From Methanotrichaceae archaeon (lineage in GTDB: Archaea > Halobacteriota > Methanosarcinia > Methanotrichales > Methanotrichaceae), in NCBI GenBank assembly GCA_963813075.1, contig CAWEXU010000030.1, positions 288,001 through 352,000 on the forward strand: a DNA stretch of 64,000 bases. The letters run 5' to 3'. Below the pieces are notes generated by a model. The model was not told where the DNA came from, did no database searches, and was given only the letters and a program-made list of their open reading frames with translations. Shown here piece after piece: positions 1 through 9,837 of the stretch (position 1 is its first letter; the number at the start of each line of letters is the position of its first letter). The position numbers and the translations under genes are program-made.

Positions 1-2625
1 CACGGAGGGTACTCAGACCAGGAACCGGAACCGGTGCAGAGGCAGCCATTGGAATCGTTGCAGGTCACGGTGTAGGTTTTGCCCGTGCCATATTTCACAA
101 CAGGGTGGTCAGTGCATTGGCTGATGTCAACGTGCTCCAGGATCTGATCGACGGCGGGAACTACGCCATAGCAGACCAAGAACGGTTCAGTCTCGATGAT
201 GCACACAGGGTACTCGGACCAGGAACCGGAACCGGTGCAGAGGCAGCCATTGGAATCGTTACAGGTCACGGTGTAGGTTTTGTCCGTGCCAAAGGGCGGT
301 CAGTGCATTGGCTGGTGTCGACGTGCTTCAGGATCTGATCCACGGTGGGAACTACGCCATAGCAGACCAAGAACGGTTCGGTCTCGATGATGCACTGAGG
401 GTACTCTGACCAGGAACCGGAACCATAGCACGAGCGGCCGTTGGCATCGTTGCAGACCACGGTGTAGGTGTTACCCGCGTCATAGGCCACAACAGGGCGG
501 TGAGTGCATGGTGGTGTCGACGTGCTCGATGATCTGATCGTCGGTGGGAACTACGCCATAGCAGACCGAGAACGGCTCGGTCTCGAGTGTGCATTCCGGA
601 CGGCAGATCCAGGTACCGGTTCCTGTGCAGGTGCAGCCGTTGGCGTCAGTGCAGACGGATGGTGTAGGTCTTGGCGGAGAAATCTATGTCAACCAGGGGA
701 TCGTCCACGCAGGGGATTAGGTCTGCGTGCTCCAGGATCATCATCTGGGGTTACATCTGTGCCAGAGGGAACGGAGAACGGCTCGGTCTCGATGATGCAT
801 TCAGGGTACTCTGACCAGGTGCCTTCGCCATAGCACGAGCTGCCGTTGGCGGCGGTGCAGGTCACGGTGTAGGTTTTGCCTTTGCCATAGGTCACAACAG
901 GGCGGTCAGTGCATGGGGTGATGTCGACGTGCTCGATGATCTGATCGACGGTGGGAACTATGCCATAGCAGACTGAGAACGGCTCGGTCTCAAGTGTGCA
1001 TTCCGGACGGACCGTCCAGGTGCCGTTTCCTGTGCAGGTGCAGTTGTTGGCATCAGTGCAGCGGATGGTGTAGCTCTTAGCTGGGTAATCTATGTAAACC
1101 TGGGGATCGTCCACGCAGGGGGTTATGTCTGCGTGCTCCAGGATCATCTCTCGGGTTACATTTGTGCCATAGGGAACTGAGAACGGCTCGGTCTCGATGA
1201 TGCATTCAGGGTACTCTGACCAGGTGCCTTCGCCGTAGCACGAGCTGCCGTTGGCGGCGGTGCAGGTCACGGTGTAGGTTTTGTCTGCGACATAGTTCAC
1301 GACAGGCCGGTCAGTTGCATTGGTGATGTCGACGTGCTCGATGATCTGATCGACGGTGGGAACTACGCCATAGCAGACTGAGAACGGCTCGGTCTCAAGA
1401 GTGCATTCTGGACGGACGTCCAGGTGCCGTTTCCTGTGCAGAGGCAGTTATTAGCGTCAGTGCAGCGGATGGTGAAGCTCCTAGCGGAGTGATTTATGTC
1501 AACCTGAGGAGCATCCACGCAGGAGATTAGGTCTGCGTGCTCCAGGATCATATCTCTGGTCACATTTATCCCAGGGGGGACGGAGAACGACTCAGTCTCG
1601 ATGATGCACTCAGGGTACTCTGACCAGGTGCCTTCGCCGTAGCACGAGCTGCCGTTGGCTGCGGTGCAGGTCACGGTGTAGGTTTTATCTGCGACATAGG
1701 TCACAACAGGGCGGTCATTGCATTTGGTGATGTCGACGTGCTCGATGATCTGATCGACAGTTGGAACTACGCCATAGCAGACTGAGAACGGCTCAGTCTC
1801 AAGTGTGCATTCCGGACGGACAATCCAGGTGCCGTTTCCTGTGCAGGTGCAGTTGTTGGCATCAGTGCAACGGATGGTGTAGCTCTTAGCTGGGTAATCT
1901 ATGTAAACCTGGGGATCGTCCACGCAGGGGGTTATGTCTGCGTGCTCCAGGATCATCTCTCTGGTTACATTTGTGCCATAGGGAACTGAGAACGGCTCGG
2001 TCTCGATGATGCATTCAGGGTACTCTGACCAGGTGCCTTCGCCATAGCACGAGCTGCCGTTGGCGGCTGTGCAGGTCACGGTGTAGGTTTTATCTGCGAC
2101 ATAGGTCACAACAGGGCGGTCATTGCATTTGGTGATGTCGACGTGCTCGATGATCTGATCGACGGTGGGAACTGCGCCATAGCAGACCGAGAACGGCTCA
2201 GTTTCAAGGCTGCATTCCGAACGGACCGTCCAGGAGCCGTTTCCTGTGCAGTTGCAGCCTTTAGCGTCAATGCAGCGGATGGTGAAGGTCTTAGCGGAGG
2301 GATTTATTTCGACCTGGGGATCGCCCACGCAGGGTGGTTTTATACTTATATTCCCCAAGATAATATCTCGGGTTACATTTGTGCCATTGGGGACGGAGAA
2401 CCACATCCTCTCAAGCTCGCAGCGTTCGTAGACCGACCAGGTGCCTTCGCCGTAGCATTTGCTGCCATTGGCACCGGAGCAGGTGAGAGTGTAGGTTTTA
2501 GCATCATGGTCTATTTTTACCTCTGGACCGTCCTCGCAGGAGGCTATTTCTGTGTGATTTAGTATCATATCTCGGGTTACATTTATGCCATAGCAGACGG
2601 AGAAAGGAAACGTGGCAATTGAGCA
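1..2625 (-). repeat. Intragenic tandem repeat, ~201-204 bp units, mostly alternating A/B types (405-bp period)
   Basis: GTCGAC/GTCAAC anchor recurs at 2137, 1732, 1328, 923, 516, 317 and 126. Confidence 0.95.
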
Positions 2626-3501
2626 GATGATCCTGTTATGAAAGTCCACGCCACTGACATCAGAATTGTTCAGTGTCACGGCAATAGAAGATCCCCCTAC
2701 CGGACTCCAGCCGGGCTCTACCGTCTCGACGACCGTGTAGCTGCCTGGTGCGAGGCCGATAAACGAGTACGTGCCATTCGCTGCCGAAGTCGTGCTATTG
2801 ACCACGTTTCCTCCGGAGTCCTCGAGCTCGACCTTCCAGCCTTTCAGACCAGCCTGATTGCCGTCATTGATCACCCGGCCGCTAATCGACATCGACGGGA
2901 GGTGATACTCGTAGAGGACGCAGATAGTTTCATTGGCAAAGGAACGAGTGCTCTGATCGAAGTTGTCATTTCCAGAATAGTCACAGGAAATATCTGCATC
3001 TGTTGTAAAGCTCAAATTTCCTGGGCCCGTCCAATCGGCCAGTTCATATTGATTAGTAATTTCTACTTCCTTCTTTCCGCATACTTTTTCATATATGCCG
3101 AAGAAGTCAGGTCCAGTGAAGGGTACCTTCTCATCTCCTTCATCTCCTTCGTCTTCTCGCAAGAGGAATTCAAAATCAGTGAACAGGTCAAGGCTCATAT
3201 CCAGGCTATGTCCTGCCGGCAGTAGTGTGGAAATATCAGCTGTGGTTGTGATGCTACAGTTCTGGCCCAAAGAAGCTTCGTTGTCAATCCTAAACCACTG
3301 AGATGAACAGGCACTTGCATTCACAGTAACCTTATCTAAAATCCCCATGCTTGGATCGAACTTTTGGATTGATTTAGTAACGGTCCAGTCTGTGCTCTTA
3401 TTATCGAATATAACGCATGGGGGCGAATAGCTTAAAGCTGATGCCGATTGGCTGATAATCAGCACTAATAGCATTGCCCCTAAGATCCATTTCATTTTCA
3501 T
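1..3501 (-). CDS. Large secreted Cys-rich repeat surface protein: signal peptide, choice-of-anchor-E-like domain, SdrD/CnaB-like domain, >=13 tandem 67-68 aa repeats; frameshifted; runs off the window edge
   Basis: ORFs 1363-3501, 689-1300 and 266-490 are consecutive pieces of one repeat array. Signal peptide MKMKWILGAMLLVLIISQSASA; KFDPSMGILDKVT motif; ISGRV..GWKVEL..TTSAANGTYSF..PGSYTVVE CnaB-like motif. 1-nt deletion near 1417 and further indels below ~750. Confidence 0.8.
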
Positions 3502-3764
3502 AAAGTATCACCGTTCATCAAGAGCCTTTGGCTCATTTGTGTAGGTCACGCACAGTCTGAATTGATGACGACTTTGACCTGCGGATGATTACACTGGAAT
3601 CTGAGCCATTTGAATAGCAGTTCATGAAATAGAGAACTCGCATCAGCTTTCCATCACAGAACCACAATCCTTAGGAAGGCTATACTTATAGATATATATG
3701 TTTTTTAACTTTAAATAGATATCTGAAGGTGATGTTATGATTCGATGAGCCATTTTGCCCGCCG

Positions 3765-4055
3765 CTATCTCATCACAATCATAGTAGCTGTTGCCCTGGT
3801 GCACTTCTTTTGAGATTGCCTCAGATCTACGTGCTCCAGGATCTCGGCGTCTGTCGGTACCACACCTTCGCAGACTGTAAACGGCTCAGTCTCGATGATG
3901 CACTCAGGGTACTCAGTCCAGGAACCGTAACCGGTGCAGGGACAGCCGTTAGCTGCCACAGCCACAGACTCGCAGTTGGACTTGGACGGGAATTCAATCG
4001 CGGAGTTGAACGAGAACACTATAACCGAGACGATAGCCAGGTATCCCTTCTTCAT
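3765..4055 (-). pseudogene. Orphan fragment of the same 67-aa Cys repeat family
   Basis: Encodes AANGCPCTGYGSWTEYPECIIETEPFTVCEGVVPTDAEILEHVDL, flanked by unrelated sequence. Confidence 0.7.
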
Positions 4056-4345
4056 CCTGGGCGTTGCAGGCCGCTGTGCAACCCTGCTAAACGATGAAGG
4101 CCTCCATCTCTGAGCTATCGGTTAAACTGGGAAACCTGGCTGCCTTAGGGATGATCGATGCTAGAAGCAACCACCCGCACGGAGAAGGGATCTAACATCA
4201 CCGCCTATCCCACACTGCCTATCCTTGTGTTTGGAGGATAAGGTATCACTGATGAAACGAGAGGATTTGCTTCAAAGAAGGGCATTAGAGGACATTTAAG
4301 GATGACGATAGAATACTAAGTTTAAGTTCTATAAAATTATTAGCT

Positions 4346-4388
4346 ATAAAAATGAAGAGGCATCCTCTCAGGAGTGAGAGGATATGCC
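4346..4388 (-). terminator. Possible terminator of the 766-aa gene (hairpin plus T-tract)
   Basis: GGCATCCTCTCA-ggag-TGAGAGGAT(AT)GCC inverted repeat at 4359-4388, followed on the minus strand by TTTTT. Confidence 0.35.
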
Positions 4389-4468
4389 ATCGTGGCTAAT
4401 TTAATTGGCTCAATTACTCTTCTCGTTTTTGCTTTTTATTTCCTCCTAGATATATCTCTGCCACTCAC

Positions 4469-6769
4469 TCAATGGGAATTGAAATTGCAGCATACATCAC
4501 CGTCATGGAAGGCGACGTAAACCTTTCCAGGATTCAGAGAGATTTGTTGGGGCTCATTGAACCAGTGGCCAAATCCATTCTTGCTGTTCTTTTTGTTGCT
4601 TACATAGATGTGCGTATCGCCATCGCTGCAGCTGTACTCGCCATCAAAGACAAGATTCCAATCCAGATAGCCGTTGTTATCTACCGAGATGGTCACAGTG
4701 CCTACTCTGTAACCTTTGGATAGATCATTCTGGCCAGCTGCTGCCCACACATCACTGCTAATTCCACTCCCTAACAATTCAGAGCGATCTACTACTGTGT
4801 ACCATCCCCACCTGGCGTTCTTGAGGAATCCATCATTCACGTGTCCTGGGGTTCCAACATCGGGATAATTCGGATCATCCATTCCCCAGTTCGCCATGGC
4901 GGTTTCGCAGGTTACGCATATGTATTCATGTACACATTCGCCTGTTACTGGATCGCAGTAGTCGGCGGTGCATTCATCGCCGTCATCACAGTCAACTGCT
5001 TCATACGTGCAGCCGGTTGCGGGATCGCAACTATCTACGGTGCAGGCATCACCGTCATCGCAGTTCACGGGCGCGTAGACGCATCCAGTAGCTGGATCAC
5101 AGGAGTCGGTGCTGCAGTCGTTGTCATCATCGCAGTCAACGTCCTCATATGTGCATCCAGTCAGTGGATCACAGGAGTCTGTTGTACAGGCGTTGCTGTC
5201 ATCGCAGCTTATCGGGGTAAAGATGCAGCCGAGGACTGGATCGCAGGTGTCCGCTGTGCACGCATCTCCGTCATCGCAGCTTATCGGCTCATGCTGGCAT
5301 CCCAGGACTGGATCACAGATGTCAACTGTGCACTCATTGCGGTCATCGCAGTCAACGACCTCATACGTGCATCCAGTCAGTGGATCACAAGAGTCGATGG
5401 TGCACGCGTTGCTGTCATCACAGTCTATTGGAGTGAAGACGCAGCCGGTTGCCGGGTCACAGGATTCTATGGTGCAGGCGTCATTGTCGTTGCAGATTAT
5501 GGGATTATAGACACATCCAGTAGCTGGGTCGCATGTTTCTGCAGTACAAGCATCGCCATCATCGCATGTATCGCTTATGTCCTCGTTTACACAGCCCGTT
5601 GCTGGGTCGCAGGAGTCGGCGGTGCAGGCATCGCCATCGTTGCAGGTTGCAGTTATGTCCGTATTGACACAGCCGGTAGCTGGGTCACAGGAGTCGGCGG
5701 TGCAGGCATCATTGTCGTTGCAGGTTGCAGTTATGTCCGTATTGACACAGCCGGTTGCTGGGTCACAGGAGTCTGCAGTGCAGGCATCATTGTCGTTGCA
5801 GGTTGCAGTTATGTCCGTATTGACACAGCCGGTTGCTGGGTCACAGGAGTCGGCGGTGCAGGCATCGCCATCGTTGCAGGTTGCAGTTATGTCGGTATTG
5901 ACACAGCCGGTAGCTGGGTCACAGGAGTCGGCAGTGCAGGCGTTGCCATCGTCGCAGGTTGCAGTAATGTCCGTATTGACACAGCCGGTTGCTGGGTCAC
6001 AGGAGTCGGCAGTACAGGCGTTGCCATCGTTGCAGGTTATCGGAGTATAGACGCACAGGCCGTCAACACAAGCATCGGTAGTGCAGGCATTCCCATCGTC
6101 ACAGACTATGGGAGTGTAGACGCATTTGTTGTCTATGATGGAATCTGTAGTGCATGGATCATTATCGTTGCACGGTTCGTAGTAGTAGGTGACGCAGATC
6201 GTTTCATTGGCATTGGTTCGAACCGACTGGTCAAAGTTGCCAGGACCATCTACTTCAGCCCTACCTATCGCTTTTGTCGTAAAGCTCACACTGCCAGAAC
6301 CGATCCAATCGACTAAGTCTTCCGGATCTGAAAATTCTTTTTCGTCCTCAATGCATTGCTTTTCAAAGAAACTATAATAGTCATCCCCGCCCCAGTCACG
6401 CTTATCTGGGTTCCCATCCGCGTCTTCTGGCAGGCAGAATTCTCGGTAGCCGAGGGGAAGATCGAGGATGAAAACCGATCCATCCGGCATTGGCGTGGAA
6501 AGGGTAGCAAAGGAAGTGACCTGATAACACTGTTCCTCAGCATCTTCATTATCAATTTCGAAAGACTGGGAAGCGCAAGCGCTTGCATTTAGCGTGACCT
6601 TATTCAGAACTCCTAAGCTCGGATCGAACTGCGGGAGGGATAAGGTTCTTGTCGAGTCTGTTGACTCGTTAGTAAATACAACACAATTGGGCCCGCTTTC
6701 AAGAGCTGATGCCGATTGGCAAAGGATCAGCAATAAAAGCATTGCCCCAAATATACATTTCAATCTCAT
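4469..6769 (-). CDS. Secreted protein (766 aa): choice-of-anchor-E-like domain, 17 Dictyostelium-type CTDC repeats, C-terminal 'WGW' domain
   Basis: Intact ORF; signal peptide; LPQFDPSLGVLNKVTL motif; repeats CDDGNACTADSCDPATGCV; C-terminal CETA..RWGWY..VWAAAGQNDLSKGYRVG. Confidence 0.9.
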   Translation of the reverse strand: MRLKCIFGAMLLLLILCQSASALESGPNCVVFTNESTDSTRTLSLPQFDPSLGVLNKVTLNASACASQSFEIDNEDAEEQCYQVTSFATLSTPMPDGSVFILDLPLGYREFCLPEDADGNPDKRDWGGDDYYSFFEKQCIEDEKEFSDPEDLVDWIGSGSVSFTTKAIGRAEVDGPGNFDQSVRTNANETICVTYYYEPCNDNDPCTTDSIIDNKCVYTPIVCDDGNACTTDACVDGLCVYTPITCNDGNACTADSCDPATGCVNTDITATCDDGNACTADSCDPATGCVNTDITATCNDGDACTADSCDPATGCVNTDITATCNDNDACTADSCDPATGCVNTDITATCNDNDACTADSCDPATGCVNTDITATCNDGDACTADSCDPATGCVNEDISDTCDDGDACTAETCDPATGCVYNPIICNDNDACTIESCDPATGCVFTPIDCDDSNACTIDSCDPLTGCTYEVVDCDDRNECTVDICDPVLGCQHEPISCDDGDACTADTCDPVLGCIFTPISCDDSNACTTDSCDPLTGCTYEDVDCDDDNDCSTDSCDPATGCVYAPVNCDDGDACTVDSCDPATGCTYEAVDCDDGDECTADYCDPVTGECVHEYICVTCETAMANWGMDDPNYPDVGTPGHVNDGFLKNARWGWYTVVDRSELLGSGISSDVWAAAGQNDLSKGYRVGTVTISVDNNGYLDWNLVFDGEYSCSDGDTHIYVSNKKNSKNGFGHWFNEPQQISLNPGKVYVAFHDGDVCCNFNSH
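4919..6172 (-). repeat. 17 tandem 23-26 aa Cys repeats, including six near-identical 78-bp units
   Basis: Counted from the translation; the 78-bp units (~5560-6030) encode C(N/D)D(G/N)(N/D)ACTADSCDPATGCVNTDITAT. Confidence 0.95.
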
Positions 6770-7346
6770 AAAGAATCTCCTCTCTCTTCTTGAGCCATTG
6801 GCTCATATGTGTAAGTCACACACAATTTGGAGTCGGCGACGTTTGAACTGCGGATGATTGCTCTGCCGTAGGTTTTGCTCTCCATAGAATTTATTGCTGG
6901 CAGATGGGCGGCCTCTTTCTGGAATGAGGCCAAAAATTCGGATGGCTTGGTGCGCACCCTCCCAGGATAGCCCTTCGATTCCGCGACCTCTATCAACTTG
7001 CCTGCCTGGACTAAATAGTTCCTCTCGCAGTTGTAGCCTGCATGCTCCTCGTTTATGGAGCGAGAAACATTGATCAGAAGAGAAATGGAGGCAGTCATAT
7101 TGAGGATACAGATGCACATGGAACCTACAGAGAGGTTGCTGCTCTCTGAGCCCTTGTTTTCAAGCCTGTTGCTCCTAAGAGCTCCAGGGCTATCCAGCAG
7201 ATCGACTCAATCAGGTCTCCAAAGCCTGGATTGCTGACCAGGCTCGGAGAATTAAAACCCAGCGTATCGCAATATGTTGCTGTTTCGACCCCTTCCGCCG
7301 AGGAAGAGGGGAACGAAATTAGATCGATTTTACATCTTTTGCCCAT
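6766..7346 (-). pseudogene. Degenerate stand-alone choice-of-anchor-E-like gene, translationally coupled to the 766-aa gene
   Basis: Across frames: NPGFGDLI (cf. DPSLGVLN), LENKG (cf. IDNED), LCVTYTYEP (cf. ICVTYYYEP). Its stop overlaps the next start (ATGA). Confidence 0.55.
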
Positions 7347-7908
7347 AGCGCCCCTTTGATAGATGCTAACCTTAGCAAGTTCCTCCTGAGTGAACATTTT
7401 CTGATAATTTTTCCGTAATATATCTCAGTGGGTATAAAGCATTATGAGAATTGTGTATTCTTATATTTGCTAAGTATTCAAAATTTAATATTAGTACTAG
7501 ATTTTTTTTATTGATCGTTTCGATCGGGCAAAAGCAATCCAGGCTCATGCGTCTTCGGCAGCTGACCATCCTTCTGGCACAATCATTATAGATACGTATT
7601 AATTTATATTCTAAAATAGTTATCTGATAAGATCCGTAAGAATGCTTTTATCTAATTAGTATTTCTTCAAATATATTAAAAGCCTATAAAGAGGATTTCT
7701 GAATTGCAGGGGTTGATCCCGCAAGATGAGAGTTCAAACTCATCTTCAATTAGAATTAGATATAAAGCGGATGCATGCCGACCATGGTTGAGGAAGATGG
7801 GTTGAGGGTTTACTCCACGCTTCCAGGGGGAGAGAATGAAAGCGGAAAGCAATTTGCATACAGATGCTGAGATGTTCGCAGTAAAAAAGAGAGGGAATAG
7901 AAGAAGGA

Positions 7909-8708
7909 ATGGTTCGGAGCATAGCGATGTCCCAAGTAGTGAATTTCAGGAGCGGATTTGTGGAAGGAGCTTTGCATTGCCTCGGCAGCACAATTGTGGC
8001 CCTGATACTCTTATCGGCCATCCTCGGCTGCGCCGGGGCCGCCACCATCACCGTCTGCGAGAGCGGATGCGATAGCAGCAGCATCAAGTCCGCCCTGAAT
8101 CAAAGCATGCCGGGCGATGTCATTGAGGTCCGCGGGGGCACATATAATGAGAACCTTGACATCCAAAAAAGTGTCAGCCTGGTGGGGGTATCCGACGGGG
8201 GAAGTTGCCTGAAATAAACGGAAGCGGTCACAGTAGCGTGGTTGTGATCAATATCGACAACGTGAATATTTCTGGATTCAAGCTGACGAACTCCGGCAAC
8301 TGCAGCTGCGGAGACTCGGGGCTGCGGATCAGGTCTAACAACAACACCGCGTACAGCAACAACATAACCGGAAACTACTATGGGGTGTATGCGAAGATCG
8401 GCAGCAAAGGCAACCAGATCTTTGCCAACAGCTTCATCAATAACAGCGTCAACATTCGTGATAGCGGAGAGAACCAGTGGTACGGGACTGCCCCGCCATC
8501 TGGCGGCATCCTTTAGCACCATCCTGGGATACCTGGGCGCAGGAGAAGAGGAGCAGCTTATCGGGAACTATTATGACGACTTCAATGAGCGAAGAAGAGG
8601 GTTGCGATCCGGACGGATAATATCTGTTCAGTACCCTACAATATCACTGTGGAGAACAACATAACCACCAATAAAGATCCATACCCTCTGGCCTCACCAG
8701 GGCTTTAG
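7909..8708 (+). CDS. Secreted NosD/CASH beta-helix protein, several frameshifts
   Basis: TITVCESGCDSSSIKSA..PGDVIEVRGGTYNENL; NISGFKLTNSG; NNITGNYYG; GNYYDD; C-terminal DPYPL. Pieces lie in different frames. Confidence 0.75.
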
Positions 8709-8825
8709 GACAGGTAAATCTGGTTGAGGACGCGCCTGAGCGTCCCCATATCCTTTTTTGAAGAAAACGGAAAGATCAGTCCCATTAGTCCCTGAACTAA
8801 CGTTAGTCCATGCGGGAATTATCTT

Positions 8826-9228
8826 CTAAAATGGCGTGCTGTTGCTCACCCAGACGTGCAGGTCATCCTCACTGCAGTCTTCGTTAAGGGCTAGATCGAG
8901 GACATAGCCGGTCGCGGTCATAGTGACGGTTGCCGAGCCTACAAGCCAGCCATTGTTCAGATCGCAGTCGTCGGCTCCGGCCCACATCTGGCCAGAGGTA
9001 TCATAGCTTCCATCGGCCGGGATTGTCCCTGCCGGGATCGCCCAGTACCAGCCCCAATAGCCTGTTCCGTCGAAGCACTTTGCAGGTGATTGAAGGTCCG
9101 CTGGCAGAGCCGACTATCGCACCGTTCTCGATGGACCAGAGATATGTCGCGCCTTCCACTGGCACTAATGAAGCGGTGTTGCCCTCTGAGCGGGATCTGC
9201 GGAAACAGTTATTTTCCAATGATCTCAT
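8826..9228 (-). pseudogene. Remnant surface-protein gene: PKD-like fragment joined out of frame to a 'WGW' domain
   Basis: 9081-9200 encodes GATYLWSIENGAIVGSASGPSIT. 8826-9080 (absent from the ORF track) encodes KCFDGTGYWGWYW..QMWAGADDCDLNNGWLVGSATV..DLHVWVSNSTPF*. Confidence 0.7.
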
Positions 9229-9266
9229 TAAGACTGGACAATAGAGAAAGCCCCTCTGGAGTTATC

Positions 9267-9783
9267 TCATAAAAAGAGCCCTCTTTCTTCAGAAACTGAT
9301 GCGCAATCAGCCAGTCGAGATAGCCCCCGATCTTGAGGAAATTCATGTTTGACTGGTAGACTATCTCTGTCCTCCCGACTCTCCCGGATGAGGACGGCGA
9401 ACTGGAGGGGAGCGGGTCTGTAGACCTTCAGCTCGAAGTGCCTCTCGACCTTATGAGAATAAATCTCAAAGGCGTCCTGCTCGCCGGACAGGGCAACCCG
9501 TCCGCACCGTTCAATCAAGAGAGGATCTACCACCCCTGCCAGCTGGCGGTAGGTTCTGCCAACTAGATGCTCTTTTTTGAAACCCATTAGACCTCTCGAA
9601 GGCAGGATTGACATCCAGGATGCGAAAATCAGAGGGCAGGCCAGACTCATCGCATATGACCTCATTTAAGGAGAAGCCATTATTCATCGCAGAAAGGAGG
9701 GAGCGATAATGAACCTCGCACTCCTCTGCCCCCCCAGCGGATAGATCTCTCAACATGCGATTCCGGAATGCGTTCTCTTCCAC
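9267..9783 (-). CDS. Single PAS-domain protein, one +1 frameshift near 9592
   Basis: YRSLLSAMNNGF..DFRILDVNPAFER continues as LMGFKKEHLVGRT..HFELKVYRP in the next frame. Confidence 0.7.
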
Positions 9784-9837
9784 TCACCGATCGATCCTCT
9801 CGCAGGTTATTTCTAAATTTTTTATACATTTATATCA

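Noticed and set aside
1..6172. Tandem repeats as a CRISPR array or DGR template/variable repeats
   Set aside because: The repeats are codon-periodic and protein-coding with no unique spacers; there is no cas or reverse transcriptase gene and no obvious adenine-specific mismatch pattern.
4841..6316. 491-aa plus-strand ORF and other long antisense ORFs (24549-25418, 54783-55868, 59922-60776)
   Set aside because: Shadow frames opposite recognisable genes in GC-rich or repetitive DNA.
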